A stretch of 49,998 nucleotides of DNA from Patescibacteria group bacterium (GTDB taxonomy: Bacteria; Patescibacteriota; SICC01), in contig JBBDXB010000002.1 in the NCBI GenBank assembly GCA_040902515.1, positions 1-49,998 on the forward strand, in the 5' to 3' direction. The position numbers and the translations under genes were made by a program. Numbering within the stretch: the first letter of the stretch is position 1; every line of letters starts with the position of its first letter. A model generated the notes under the pieces. It was not told where the DNA came from. It searched no databases and saw only the letters and a list, made by a program, of their open reading frames with translations. Positions 26,451 through 35,740 of the stretch are shown one piece after another.

Positions 26451-28467
26451 GCCGCTTGGGATACTTGATCCGTTTGTGCAGGTCACCCACCAGTCCCTCC
26501 ACGAATGCTTCCTTGATCGTCGTGAGCTCCTTCGTCGACAGCGGCGCCTCGTCGAGCTGGCCGTCCTCGATGCGGTCATTGATCAGCCGGTGCACCAGGG
26601 CCCGGATCCGCTTCTCGTCCGGGGTCGACAGGGTCCGCGAGGCGGATTCCGCCGCGTCCGCCAGCATAATCAGAGCGGTCTCCTTGCTGCGCGGCCGGGG
26701 GCCAATGTAACGGTAGTCAGCTTCTTTCGTCCGCCGGTACCGCTTTCGGGCCGCCTGCCAGAAGAATTCCATGCGGGTGGTCCCGTGGTGTTCCGGAATT
26801 GCCGCCGCGACCTGGTCGGGCAGCCGTGCTGCGTGAGCCAACGCCAGTCCCTCGGAAATGTGTGCCCGCAGCACATCCGCGCTCTCCTTGGGCTCCAGCC
26901 CCTGATGCGGGCTCCTTTCGTCACGGTTATTCTCGACGAAGAATTCCGGCATCGTGATCTTCCCGATGTCGTGATACAGCGCCTGCACCCGGGCCAGCAG
27001 CGGATCGGCGCCGTCCAGGCGCTTCGCGACGTTCTCTACCATCGAGGCCATATGTACCGAATGCGAGTAGGTTCCCGGCGCTTCCGCTGCCAGGCGCCGG
27101 AGCAACGGACGGCGCGGGTTCTCAAGCTCCAGGAGCTGCAGGAAGGTGACGACGCCGAGCGGCCCGGCCAGGAACGCGGCGCCCGCGAACGTGATCGTCG
27201 AGAGAAGCGCCCCGTTCAGGGCGGCGGCGACCGCGAACTTCGGCAGGTTGGCGGGATCGAAGTTGGCCGCCAGGAGACTGAATCCGACCATCCCCACGAA
27301 GACGACCACTCCGCCGATGGCACCGGCCCGGAGGAATGACTGGATATCCGTAAGCCGTCGATGCGTGGCCACGACCACGGTACTGGCCGCTAGGTGGATA
27401 AAGAGGAGTTCAAAGGAGGCGCCGGCCGCCAGTCCGTACAGTGCGGCATAGCTAAGTCCGGCTACCAATGCTGGGCGACTGCCGTAAAAGACCGACACCA
27501 GAAGCGGCACGGCGGCCACCGGGATGACGTAGGCAAGGATCGGCTGCGGCGGCACGATCAGTACGGCGCCAAGCACCAGGCCGATCGCCGTGATGATCAG
27601 CCCGGCGGCGAGTCGTCGGGGGTGTTTGGCGCCGGCCAACCCTGGGCTGAACCGGAGCAGGACAGCGGTGAAGATAAGCACCAGCAGGAACACTGCGATC
27701 GTCTTCTGATAGTCGAAGGATGGGCGGGTCAGGCCGAGTGCCTCGAGCCGCTCCACGTCGAACGGCGTCACGACCGTGCCCTGCGCCAGCACGACCTGAT
27801 CCCGCTCGACGGTATAGCTCACGGGCTGGACCGAGTCCCGGGCCTCATCCTTGGCCCGCTGGGTCGCCTCTTCGTCGATCAGGTAATTCGGTACGAGCAA
27901 CCGTTGCCCGAGCACCACGACGCTGCTACGGACAGACGGCGGGAGGTCGCGCGGTAGCCGGGAGGTCACCAGTTCCCGGCTCTGTGCCAGGCCTTCCTGG
28001 GTAATGCGGGTGTCCTGAAGCCTGTCGAGGATGTCCCGGGTGACCGTGGTAGCGCGCTGCCAATCTCGATCGCCCAGCGCCAGGATCGTTCGCGCCTCGT
28101 CTTCCCGGACGTTGGGCAGCACCTGCGCCATACGGTCGATCCGCTCACGCTCCGCGGCGCGGCTCCCTCGGATATCCGAGACGGCCTCCAGGGTGGCGTT
28201 CAATTTGGCTTGTTGCTGGCTGGAGGCGGTGAGGTCCCGGCGATAGACCGGCGACACCTGCTCCGCGACCCGCCGTTCGGCCTCTTCCGTCTTCAACTTG
28301 CTCTGGTATGTCAGCGTCCGCGGCGACTTGTACGTCTGGTTGGCGACCTCTCCGGATTCGATCCGTCCCGACCCGGTAGTCGGTTGGGTAATGATCACCG
28401 TCAGGGCGATCGAGACTACCGTGACCAGTCCTATGAGGGGCAGCCGGCGTCGCAGGTAGGAACGCAT
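26440..28467 (-). CDS. 7TM-receptor-with-intracellular-HD-hydrolase family protein (PgpH/YqfF-like)
   Basis: 675 aa. N-terminal TM, a large extracytoplasmic domain, seven clustered TMs, and a C-terminal HD domain (..HSVHMASMVE..LYHDIGKI..). Classical yqfF-ybeY-dgkA neighbourhood. Confidence 0.85.
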   Translation of the reverse strand: MRSYLRRRLPLIGLVTVVSIALTVIITQPTTGSGRIESGEVANQTYKSPRTLTYQSKLKTEEAERRVAEQVSPVYRRDLTASSQQQAKLNATLEAVSDIRGSRAAERERIDRMAQVLPNVREDEARTILALGDRDWQRATTVTRDILDRLQDTRITQEGLAQSRELVTSRLPRDLPPSVRSSVVVLGQRLLVPNYLIDEEATQRAKDEARDSVQPVSYTVERDQVVLAQGTVVTPFDVERLEALGLTRPSFDYQKTIAVFLLVLIFTAVLLRFSPGLAGAKHPRRLAAGLIITAIGLVLGAVLIVPPQPILAYVIPVAAVPLLVSVFYGSRPALVAGLSYAALYGLAAGASFELLFIHLAASTVVVATHRRLTDIQSFLRAGAIGGVVVFVGMVGFSLLAANFDPANLPKFAVAAALNGALLSTITFAGAAFLAGPLGVVTFLQLLELENPRRPLLRRLAAEAPGTYSHSVHMASMVENVAKRLDGADPLLARVQALYHDIGKITMPEFFVENNRDERSPHQGLEPKESADVLRAHISEGLALAHAARLPDQVAAAIPEHHGTTRMEFFWQAARKRYRRTKEADYRYIGPRPRSKETALIMLADAAESASRTLSTPDEKRIRALVHRLINDRIEDGQLDEAPLSTKELTTIKEAFVEGLVGDLHKRIKYPKRRGR

Positions 28468-28471
28468 GGTC

Positions 28472-28921
28472 TCAGGCGCCCAGTCGTTCCTTGACCAGCT
28501 TGGCGACCGTACCCTGGTCGGCGCGACCGGCGGTCTTCGATTTCAACGCGCCCATCACCTTCCCGATGTCGGAAGGTCCCGCGGCACCCGTCGCGACAAC
28601 CGCGGCATCGACCAGCTCCGCCAGAGCCTCGTCCGAAAGCGGCTCGGGAAGGTAGCAAGAGATCACCTCCGCTTCACGCTGCTCCTGCTCGGCCATCTCC
28701 GGCCGCGCGGCCGCCGCTTCCGCTGCCTCCTGCCGCTGCTTGAGTTGCCGGGAAAGCACGGCGGTCACCGCCGTGTCGTCGAGCGGTTTTCCGGACTCGA
28801 TCTCCGCGTTCTTAAGCGCGGCGACCACCGAACGCAGGACTGTCCGCTCCGGTTCACGCCTGGTTTTCATGGCGCCGGTCAGGTCGTCATGGATGCGTTC
28901 GTACAGACTCACGAGTACCAT
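28472..28921 (-). CDS. GatB/YqeY domain protein
   Basis: 149 aa. ..LTGAMKTRREPERTVLRSVVAALKNAEIE.. and ..DIGKVMGALKSKTAGRADQGTVAKLVKERL.. are typical of YqeY. Follows rpsU as in Firmicutes. An alternative GTG start at 28912 would overlap the rpsU stop as GTGA. Confidence 0.85.
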   Translation of the reverse strand: MVLVSLYERIHDDLTGAMKTRREPERTVLRSVVAALKNAEIESGKPLDDTAVTAVLSRQLKQRQEAAEAAAARPEMAEQEQREAEVISCYLPEPLSDEALAELVDAAVVATGAAGPSDIGKVMGALKSKTAGRADQGTVAKLVKERLGA

Positions 28922-29118
28922 CCCATGCGCTTGGCCCGCGCCTCACGGCGCCGCTCCTGTCGAATCGCTTCCTCGCGCCGGGCTCGGCGGTTGGGTTTCG
29001 TCTGATGGAATCGGTTCTTCTTGGCCAGCGACAGCACGCCGCTCTGGATCACCTTCCGGTTGAAGCGCCGGATCAGGTTCTCGGTCGATTCGTTGTCCTT
29101 CTTTTGTACGTATGTCAT
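28909..29118 (-). CDS. rpsU: 30S ribosomal protein S21
   Basis: Start moved to ATG 29118 (MTYVQKKDNESTENLIRRFNRKVIQSGVLSLAKKNRFHQTKPNRRARRE..), 69 aa. SD GAGGGGGTGA lies upstream. Confidence 0.92.
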   Translation of the reverse strand: MTYVQKKDNESTENLIRRFNRKVIQSGVLSLAKKNRFHQTKPNRRARREEAIRQERRREARAKRMGWYS

Positions 29119-29131
29119 AACAATCACCCCC

Positions 29132-29461
29132 TCAAACCAGGGACAGGCGCTCCGGACCGCCGAGCACGTGCACGTGCAAGTGCGGGGCGTCGGCCTGGAT
29201 TCCCGTGTTAATGACGAGCCGGAACCCTTCCGGTGAACGCTCACTCCCGACATCCCGCGCCACCGTCAGCAAGTGCGATAGCAGCGGATCATCGTCGGGC
29301 ACGTCGGTGATCGCCTCGTAATGCGTCTTAGGGACGACCAATACATGGACGGATGCTTGCGGACTGGTATCGGCGAACGCTACCGCCTGCTCGTCCTCAT
29401 GGAGCAAGTCGGCATCGGTCTTTCCCTTCGCGATGCTGCAGAATACGCATTCCTCGGTCAT
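29132..29461 (-). CDS. HIT-family (histidine triad) nucleotide hydrolase
   Basis: 109 aa. CVFCSI.. N-terminus and HLHVHVLGG triad. TATACT lies 7 nt before ATG 29461. Confidence 0.9.
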   Translation of the reverse strand: MTEECVFCSIAKGKTDADLLHEDEQAVAFADTSPQASVHVLVVPKTHYEAITDVPDDDPLLSHLLTVARDVGSERSPEGFRLVINTGIQADAPHLHVHVLGGPERLSLV

Positions 29462-29494
29462 CCGTGACAGTATATCGCGTTATCAGGCGTCACT

Positions 29495-30811
29495 CTAGCC
29501 GGATGCGGGCCGGCTGACGTCCCTAGGAAGCCGGGATTGCACTTCGGCGACCGCTTCCTTGAGCGGCACGGTCTCCTGCATGCCCGACGACATGTCGCGG
29601 ATGATGATGCTGTTTTCCATCGCTTCCTTCTGGCCGATGATCAATGCCAGCGAGACACCGAGTTTATCGGCTTGGCGTAACTGTGAGCGGATTCCCTCCT
29701 TACCGAACGAGGCCGTCACGGAAACGCCGGATTTGGTGAGGTCGCCGAGCAAGCCGAACGCGTGCCGCTTCGCCACGTCGCCGAGCTGGATCAGATAGAC
29801 CTGCGAGCGTTTGCTGTAGTGCTTCGGCCCGCGTTTCGCCTTGAGCGCCTCGACGATCCGGTAGATGCCACACCCGGCTCCGACCGCCGGGGTGGCCACT
29901 CCCCCCAGGGACTGGATCAGGCCGTCGTACCGGCCGCCGCCGATCAGCGATGCATCGGCTCCGCCCGGTCCCCAGAACTCGAATACCGTACGGGTGTAGT
30001 AGTCGAACCCGCGGACCAGATGAGGGTTGAGCTCGTAATCGATACCGGCCTGGTCGAGATACTCCAGCACGGCGGTGAGATGCTCCCGGTCCTCGGGGAC
30101 AAGCTGGTCGACGAGCGGCGGGATTTGCTCGACCACCTCGCGGGTGGCGGGATCCTTGGTGTCCAGCAGGCGGAGCGGATTCTCCTTGAGCTGACGGCGG
30201 GCGTCATCCGACAGCCGCTCTTCGTGCGACACGACGGTATCCGTGATCAGTTTCCGGATGGCCTTTTGGGATGCCGGACCGCCGAGCGAGTTGATCTGGA
30301 CCGAGGGACGGTCGATCTCAAGCTCCTCCAGCATCTGCCAGCAGGTCAGGATCACCTGGGCGTCCAGCGCCGGGTCGGAGGAGCCGAATGCCTCCAGACC
30401 GAACTGCTCATGTTCCCGGAATCGCCCCGCCTGGGGACGTTCGTAGCGATACATGTCCTCGCAATACGCCAGCTTCACCGGTTGCGGAAGGCTTCCCATC
30501 CCATGTTCCAAGTAAGCCCGTGCCACGCCGGCCGTTCCTTCCGGCCGTAAGCTCACGGATTCGCCGGAGCGATCCTCGAACGTGTACATCTCCTTGTGGA
30601 CCAGCTCCGTCGCCTCGCCCACGGACCGGGTGAACAACTCCGTCCGCTCCAGTACCGGCATCCGGATCTCGGCGAAGCCATGCCGTTCGGCGATTTTCCA
30701 GAACGCCTGCTCGACGTGACGGTACGCGGCGGCATCATCACTGAGGATGTCGCGCATGCCACGGAGCGTCTGGAAGCGCCCGTCGGAAGCTGGTGGTTGT
30801 GATTCGCTCAT
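29495..30811 (-). CDS. hisS: Histidyl-tRNA synthetase
   Basis: 438 aa. Class II motifs (..LRGMRDIL.., ..YRYERPQAGRFREHEQFG.., ..GGGRYDGL..) and an anticodon-binding domain. Confidence 0.95.
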   Translation of the reverse strand: MSESQPPASDGRFQTLRGMRDILSDDAAAYRHVEQAFWKIAERHGFAEIRMPVLERTELFTRSVGEATELVHKEMYTFEDRSGESVSLRPEGTAGVARAYLEHGMGSLPQPVKLAYCEDMYRYERPQAGRFREHEQFGLEAFGSSDPALDAQVILTCWQMLEELEIDRPSVQINSLGGPASQKAIRKLITDTVVSHEERLSDDARRQLKENPLRLLDTKDPATREVVEQIPPLVDQLVPEDREHLTAVLEYLDQAGIDYELNPHLVRGFDYYTRTVFEFWGPGGADASLIGGGRYDGLIQSLGGVATPAVGAGCGIYRIVEALKAKRGPKHYSKRSQVYLIQLGDVAKRHAFGLLGDLTKSGVSVTASFGKEGIRSQLRQADKLGVSLALIIGQKEAMENSIIIRDMSSGMQETVPLKEAVAEVQSRLPRDVSRPASG

Positions 30812-30855
30812 GTTCCACCGTCCAGCTTATGGGTGCGGGCCCGGGCAGGCAACGG

Positions 30856-31770
30856 CTACGCACTTTCCCAGCGGGCGGAGACGAGGCGCGATGGGTCCGG
30901 AAGCTTCTCCAACTGCCCGCACGATTGCCGATGGATCGTGATCGTCTTGTGCAGCGTAACGTAGCCGACGATGGCCGCCAGGGGGCGCGGTCCGCAGCAT
31001 GCGGCGAACGTGGTCGGCAGCATCAGGTCCTGCCCGATCACCACCCGGAAACGGCCGGCTGCGGACGGGCGTCTCCGGGAGCGGGTCGGCGGGGTGGCGG
31101 CCAGCCCGAGCGCTTTGGCCAACGCCGTCTGGGTGACCCGGCCTTCGCCGAGCGCCGCCAGGACATCGTCGTCGGAGGACGCCCCGGCGGCGGCGCGCAA
31201 TCGCCCCCATTCGTCCTTCGAGAGACGGCCCGGGCGACGGTAGCGCCTGAGCAGTTCGGACAGGAGCTGCCGGCCTTCGGATACCGTCACGTCACGATCC
31301 TGCTCCCTGAAGAAACGTCGGATCGCATTCCGCGCGTGTCCCGTCCGGACCGTCTGCAGCCACCCCCGCTTGGGAGCCGCGGCCACACCGTATCCTTCCT
31401 TGTAGCGGCTGGGCACGAACGTCTCGACCGCACCGCCGAGACGCCCCAGCACATCAGCCAGAAGCGCGGCGGCCGTCAGGCCGTCGGCGTCGTAGTCGCC
31501 ATGCACCACGATCCGCTCGTTGCCCGCGATCGCCTTCCGGATCGTCCGCACGGCGGCGTCCATCCCCGAAAGTAGTCGCGGGTCATGAAGATCGTTCGCG
31601 TAATCCGGGTTCAGGAAGCCCTGTGCCGCCTTGAGCGTAGTGATCCCCCGGTTGTAGAGCAGCTGGGCGATCGGCCGAGGATACCGGGAAAACCGCCGTA
31701 AGAATGCCTCCGGGACCGGCTCGGAGCATTCCCAGCGACGCGTCGGTTCGGCTTTTTTTGTCGTAACCAC
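30856..31770 (-). CDS. Chimeric ORF: RecJ N-terminal fragment (DHH motifs I-II) fused in frame to the RelA/SpoT C-terminal helical + conserved-Cys (zinc-finger) region; no catalytic domains of either parent
   Basis: Residues 1-129: ..PIAQLLYNRGI..FLNPDY..LHDPRLLSGMDAAVRTIRKAI..ERIVVHGDYDADGLTAAALL..FVPSRYKEGYGV (RecJ). Residues about 133-304: ..RGWLQTVRTGHARNAIRRFFREQDRDVTVSEGRQLLSELL..DDVLAALGEGRVT..VVIGQDLMLPTTFAACCGPRP..IVGYVT..TITIHRQSCGQLEKL..RLVSARWE (RelA/SpoT post-TGS region). The junction is at about 31360..31386. GTG start at 31770. Confidence 0.7.
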   Translation of the reverse strand: MVTTKKAEPTRRWECSEPVPEAFLRRFSRYPRPIAQLLYNRGITTLKAAQGFLNPDYANDLHDPRLLSGMDAAVRTIRKAIAGNERIVVHGDYDADGLTAAALLADVLGRLGGAVETFVPSRYKEGYGVAAAPKRGWLQTVRTGHARNAIRRFFREQDRDVTVSEGRQLLSELLRRYRRPGRLSKDEWGRLRAAAGASSDDDVLAALGEGRVTQTALAKALGLAATPPTRSRRRPSAAGRFRVVIGQDLMLPTTFAACCGPRPLAAIVGYVTLHKTITIHRQSCGQLEKLPDPSRLVSARWESA

Positions 31771-31824
31771 GTTGATTTTTTGTGCGAAATGAGGTATGGT
31801 AGCGTATCTCTTATTATACGCGTT

Positions 31825-32373
31825 ATGTCTGCAGAAAAATCACAAGACGGTTACGAAAGGTCCGGCGAGCAACTCGCCCTTGATCCGGAGCTCTGGCCGG
31901 ACGGCATCGCCCAGCGGCTGGAACGTAGCGCGGACCGTTTCGAGGCGGATATCCACCGGATCGGCGCCGAGGCGCCGCAAGGCCTGGAACAGTATGTCGA
32001 ACAATGGTCCGAGCTGGAACAGTACCTCTCGGACATCCAACGGCTGGAGCGCATGCGCGGCCGGAACGACCATTTCGAGTTCGCGGAAGGGTTCGTCGCG
32101 GAAAGCGGCCAACAGTCGCGTCGGAAGGCCATGCGACACATGCGCCGCAGCGACCGCCTGCAAAGCCAGCACCGGACCGACGAATCCCGGAAAGCGTTCT
32201 ACGATAAGAACGAGACCATCGGGCAGAACATAGCCGTCAAGCGGCTCGGACGGCTCCAATGGGCGTACCGCCCCGGCAATCGGGAGCGTTTTGACGAGAT
32301 GCTGGTCAGTGCGACGGAAAGCCTTCTACGGGAAGAGGAGCGGGCCTGGCAGGGGCGTCAGGAAGCCGCCTAG
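31825..32373 (+). CDS. Hypothetical charged helical protein (182 aa), no recognisable family
   Basis: ATG 31825 (MSAEKSQDGYERSGEQLALDPELWPDGIAQRLE..). Third positions are GC-rich. TATTAT lies 7 nt upstream. It is the only plus-strand gene in a long minus-strand run. Its TAG stop shares the palindrome CTAG with the secF stop. Confidence 0.55.
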   Translation: MSAEKSQDGYERSGEQLALDPELWPDGIAQRLERSADRFEADIHRIGAEAPQGLEQYVEQWSELEQYLSDIQRLERMRGRNDHFEFAEGFVAESGQQSRRKAMRHMRRSDRLQSQHRTDESRKAFYDKNETIGQNIAVKRLGRLQWAYRPGNRERFDEMLVSATESLLREEERAWQGRQEAA

Positions 32374-33281
32374 GCGTTCCGCTTGGCCGCCCGCTTGTCT
32401 GACCACCGTTGCCACGTCACGAGCAGTGGTGCGGCGTTGAAGATCGATGAGTACGTACCGATCGCGGTGCCGATCAGGAGCGCCAGCACGAATCCCTGCA
32501 GCGATTCACCGCCGAAGAAGTACAGCGCGAAGAGAACCAACAGGACCGTCACGGAGGTGTTGATCGAGCGCACCAGCGACTGGGCGATCGAATAGTTGAC
32601 CGTCTCCGGGAACGAGCCGCCGATCCGCTTCACGAGGTTCTCTCGGATACGGTCGAAGACGACGATCGTGTCATGCACCGAGTAACCGATCACGGTCAGG
32701 AGCGCCGCGACGAAGTTGATGTCCACCGCGACGCCGGCGAATTTCCCGAGCAGTGCGAAGACGCCGAGCGTGAAGAGGACGTCATGAAGCAACGTGACGA
32801 TCGTGGTCGCCCCGAACCGCCAGCTCGAGGCCGGCTTCGGCACGTTCCGGAACGCGTACGCGATGTACATCAGGATCAGGAGCGAACCAAGCCCGACCGA
32901 AAGGATCGCCTTGTTCCGAAGATCCCGGCTGATCGCCGGCCCGACCGATTCGAAACGAAGCTCTTCGGTCCCTTCCCCCAACCGTCCTTCGATCTGCGCC
33001 AGCAGCCGGTTATGCTCCTCGGGATTGAGCTCGCTGACCCGTATCTGGAACGTGTCGTCCGAGGTTTCCTGTACGATCGGGTCACCGAAGGGACCTTCGG
33101 CCGCCTCGCGGACCTCGTCGCTGTCCGCGCCGGCCGGCACCTGCAGTTCGAGGAGCGAGCCGCCGGTGAAGTCGATGCCGAGCTTGAGCCCAAGCGTGGC
33201 CAGGGCGATGGTGCCGGGAATCACCAACAGCACGGAGATGAGGTACCACCACTTCCGGTAATTGACGAGCTTACGCAGCAT
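32370..33281 (-). CDS. secF: Protein translocase subunit SecF
   Basis: 303 aa, 6 TM, N-terminal ..YRKWWYLISVLLVIPG..GIDFTGG... Confidence 0.93.
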   Translation of the reverse strand: MLRKLVNYRKWWYLISVLLVIPGTIALATLGLKLGIDFTGGSLLELQVPAGADSDEVREAAEGPFGDPIVQETSDDTFQIRVSELNPEEHNRLLAQIEGRLGEGTEELRFESVGPAISRDLRNKAILSVGLGSLLILMYIAYAFRNVPKPASSWRFGATTIVTLLHDVLFTLGVFALLGKFAGVAVDINFVAALLTVIGYSVHDTIVVFDRIRENLVKRIGGSFPETVNYSIAQSLVRSINTSVTVLLVLFALYFFGGESLQGFVLALLIGTAIGTYSSIFNAAPLLVTWQRWSDKRAAKRNA

Positions 33282-34623
33282 CGGTGCCCTCCTTGGCCGT
33301 CCGGACTTTCCCCCCGGTATCCCAAAGCCGGGGCCGCTCGGCGAAGCGGGTCCGGACCGCCGCCCGCATCAATGTGCGGGTCACCGTGATCGCGGAGAAG
33401 AGCGAGACCAGGACGCCGAGTGCCAGTACGACCGCGAATCCCTTGATCGTCGAAGTACCAAATGTGAACAGCACGATCGACATCAGGATCGACGCGGCGT
33501 TCGAGTCACGGATCGAGGTGAACGCCCGGGAGAATCCCGTCTCCAGAGCCGCTGGAAGCGTCCTGCCGTCGCGGAGCTCTTCGCGCATGCGTTCGAAGAT
33601 CAGGATGTTCGCGTCAACCGCGATGCCGATCGACAGGATGAACCCGGCGATGCCGGCCAGGGTCAGCGTCACCGGAATCAGCTTGAAGAGGCTGACCATC
33701 ACCGCTGCGTAAAGCAGCAATGCCAGGACCGCCAGCACGCCGGGCAGCCGGTAGTACGCGATCATGAACGCGGCGACCAGCAGCAGGCCGACCAGTCCGG
33801 CGGCCAGGCTCTGCTCGACCGATTCCTGGCCGAGCGTCGGACCCACGGTCCGCTGCTCGACCTGCTCGACCGGTACCGGCAGCGCGCCCGCGTTCAACTG
33901 GAGCGCGAGCTGTCGCGCCTCTTCGATCGTGAACTGACCGGTAATCACGGCGTTACCGTCGGTGATCTCCTGGGAGACGCGCGGTGCGGAGATGATCTGG
34001 CCGTCGAGCACGATCGCGATCGGCTTGCCGACGTTCCGCTGGGTCAGCTCCGCGAACTTCTCGGCACCCTCGCTATTGAAGGTGATATTGATTTCCGGCT
34101 CGCCGGTCTGCTGATTGAACCCCACCGCCGCCCGCTTGAAGTCGGCGCCGGTCAGGCCCGTCTCCTCCTTGTAGGCGGCCAGCGGATCAGGGTTCGCCGG
34201 ATCGGCCGCGGGATCCTGCTCCCGGAACTCCATCTTCACCGTCGCCCCGATGATTTCCGAAGCTTCCTCCACGTCCGTCACGCCCGGCAGCTCCACGATC
34301 ACCCGGTAATCGCCGGCGGACCGATTCGCCTGGACGAGCGGTTCCGATACACCAAGCGCATTCACCCGCCGTTCGATCACGTCCACCGCTCCATCCAACG
34401 CTTCCGAGCGTTCTCCTTCCGGTACCTTCGACATGTCCGCCTGGTAGACCAGGTGCGAACCGCCTTCAAGGTCAAGCCCCTCGTGGACCTTGAGTTCCCG
34501 CTGGTAGTCGATGCCGAGCGGCTTCAGGTTGATGTCCGGACCGGAGGGCCAGGCCACCAGTCCCGCCAGTACCGCGGTCACCAGGATGCCTGCCAGCGCC
34601 AGTCTGATTTTCTTGCGTGTCAT
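33271..34623 (-). CDS. secD: Protein translocase subunit SecD
   Basis: 450 aa. N-terminal TM, a periplasmic-type domain (..LGLDLEGG..), and a C-terminal 5-TM bundle. Overlaps secF by 11 nt. Confidence 0.93.
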   Translation of the reverse strand: MTRKKIRLALAGILVTAVLAGLVAWPSGPDINLKPLGIDYQRELKVHEGLDLEGGSHLVYQADMSKVPEGERSEALDGAVDVIERRVNALGVSEPLVQANRSAGDYRVIVELPGVTDVEEASEIIGATVKMEFREQDPAADPANPDPLAAYKEETGLTGADFKRAAVGFNQQTGEPEINITFNSEGAEKFAELTQRNVGKPIAIVLDGQIISAPRVSQEITDGNAVITGQFTIEEARQLALQLNAGALPVPVEQVEQRTVGPTLGQESVEQSLAAGLVGLLLVAAFMIAYYRLPGVLAVLALLLYAAVMVSLFKLIPVTLTLAGIAGFILSIGIAVDANILIFERMREELRDGRTLPAALETGFSRAFTSIRDSNAASILMSIVLFTFGTSTIKGFAVVLALGVLVSLFSAITVTRTLMRAAVRTRFAERPRLWDTGGKVRTAKEGTDAA

Positions 34624-34624
34624 C

Positions 34625-35689
34625 TCAGAGGAATCGCTTCCGGCCGTCCTGTTTGAGTTTCTCCACCACCTTCTTCACGTCTTGCGAGCGGTCCTTCGGG
34701 CAGATCAGAACGGCGTCTTTGGTGTTAATGATAACAAGATTCTCGACGCCGATGGTGGCCACCAGCTGTTTCGGTGAATACACGAAGCAGTTCTTGGTAT
34801 CGATATCCACGTATTCGCCCTCGAAGACGTTATCATTTTCGTCGTGTTCAAGGACGTCATGGAGGTCCGCCCAAGAACCGACGTCAGCCCAGTCGAAGGA
34901 AGCTGGAATTACCGCGAGGTTATCCGATTTCTCGAGGATGCCGTAGTCGACGGTCTCATCCGGCAGTCCCAGGTATGCCTTCGAGACGGCCTCCTTCGTG
35001 CCGTTTCCGGCAGCCATCTGTTTGATGAACGCCGCGTGGACCGGCAGATGCGCCTCGTATTCATCGCGGAAGACGCCGAACGGCGCCGCGCACATTCCGG
35101 CGTTCCACAGGTATTTGCCGCTCTTGAGGTAGCCGCGCGCGGTCACCTCACTGGGTTTTTCTATGAATTGCTTGATTTCGAAGACGTCGAATCCGTCCAG
35201 ATTTCGGAGGCGGGAGCCGGTGTTGATGTACCCGAATCCGGTGGAGGGATACGTCGGCTGGATGCCGAGCGCCACCAGGCGCTTCTCCAGCTTGGCCGCC
35301 TCCATCCACGCCCGGAACGTCCGTTGGAATTCCCGCGTTTCCTGGATCAACTGGTCGGCCGGCAAGAAGACGATCACGTCTTCATCTTTCGCCCGCCGGG
35401 TGGCGGCACCGAGGGCTAGCGCCAGCGCGCCGGCAGTGCCTTTCCGGTCCGGCTCCACCACGATGTTCTCGGATGGAATCTCCGGAACCTGCTGCCGGAG
35501 AAGGTCGTCATGCGAAGCCTCGGTGACGCAGTAGACTTGTTCGGCCGGCAGGGCGAGACGCTTCACGGTTTGTTGGACCAGCGTCACGCCGCCGTTCAAT
35601 TCGAGAAGGTGTTTTGGGTGTTTGCTGCGGGAGCGGGGCCAGAGCCGGCTGCCGGAGCCGCCGCAGAGGATGATCGCGTAGGTTTTCAC
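34625..35689 (-). CDS. Mannose-1-phosphate guanylyltransferase-like NDP-sugar pyrophosphorylase
   Basis: 354 aa. N-terminal AIILCGGSGSRLWPRSR..PKHLL. GTG start at 35689. The stop lies 1 nt from the secD ATG. Confidence 0.86.
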   Translation of the reverse strand: MKTYAIILCGGSGSRLWPRSRSKHPKHLLELNGGVTLVQQTVKRLALPAEQVYCVTEASHDDLLRQQVPEIPSENIVVEPDRKGTAGALALALGAATRRAKDEDVIVFLPADQLIQETREFQRTFRAWMEAAKLEKRLVALGIQPTYPSTGFGYINTGSRLRNLDGFDVFEIKQFIEKPSEVTARGYLKSGKYLWNAGMCAAPFGVFRDEYEAHLPVHAAFIKQMAAGNGTKEAVSKAYLGLPDETVDYGILEKSDNLAVIPASFDWADVGSWADLHDVLEHDENDNVFEGEYVDIDTKNCFVYSPKQLVATIGVENLVIINTKDAVLICPKDRSQDVKKVVEKLKQDGRKRFL

Positions 35690-35740
35690 TCCGCCATTAT
35701 TCCATAAGATCCCGTCGGATGGGTCGTGTAGCGTAGGGGT

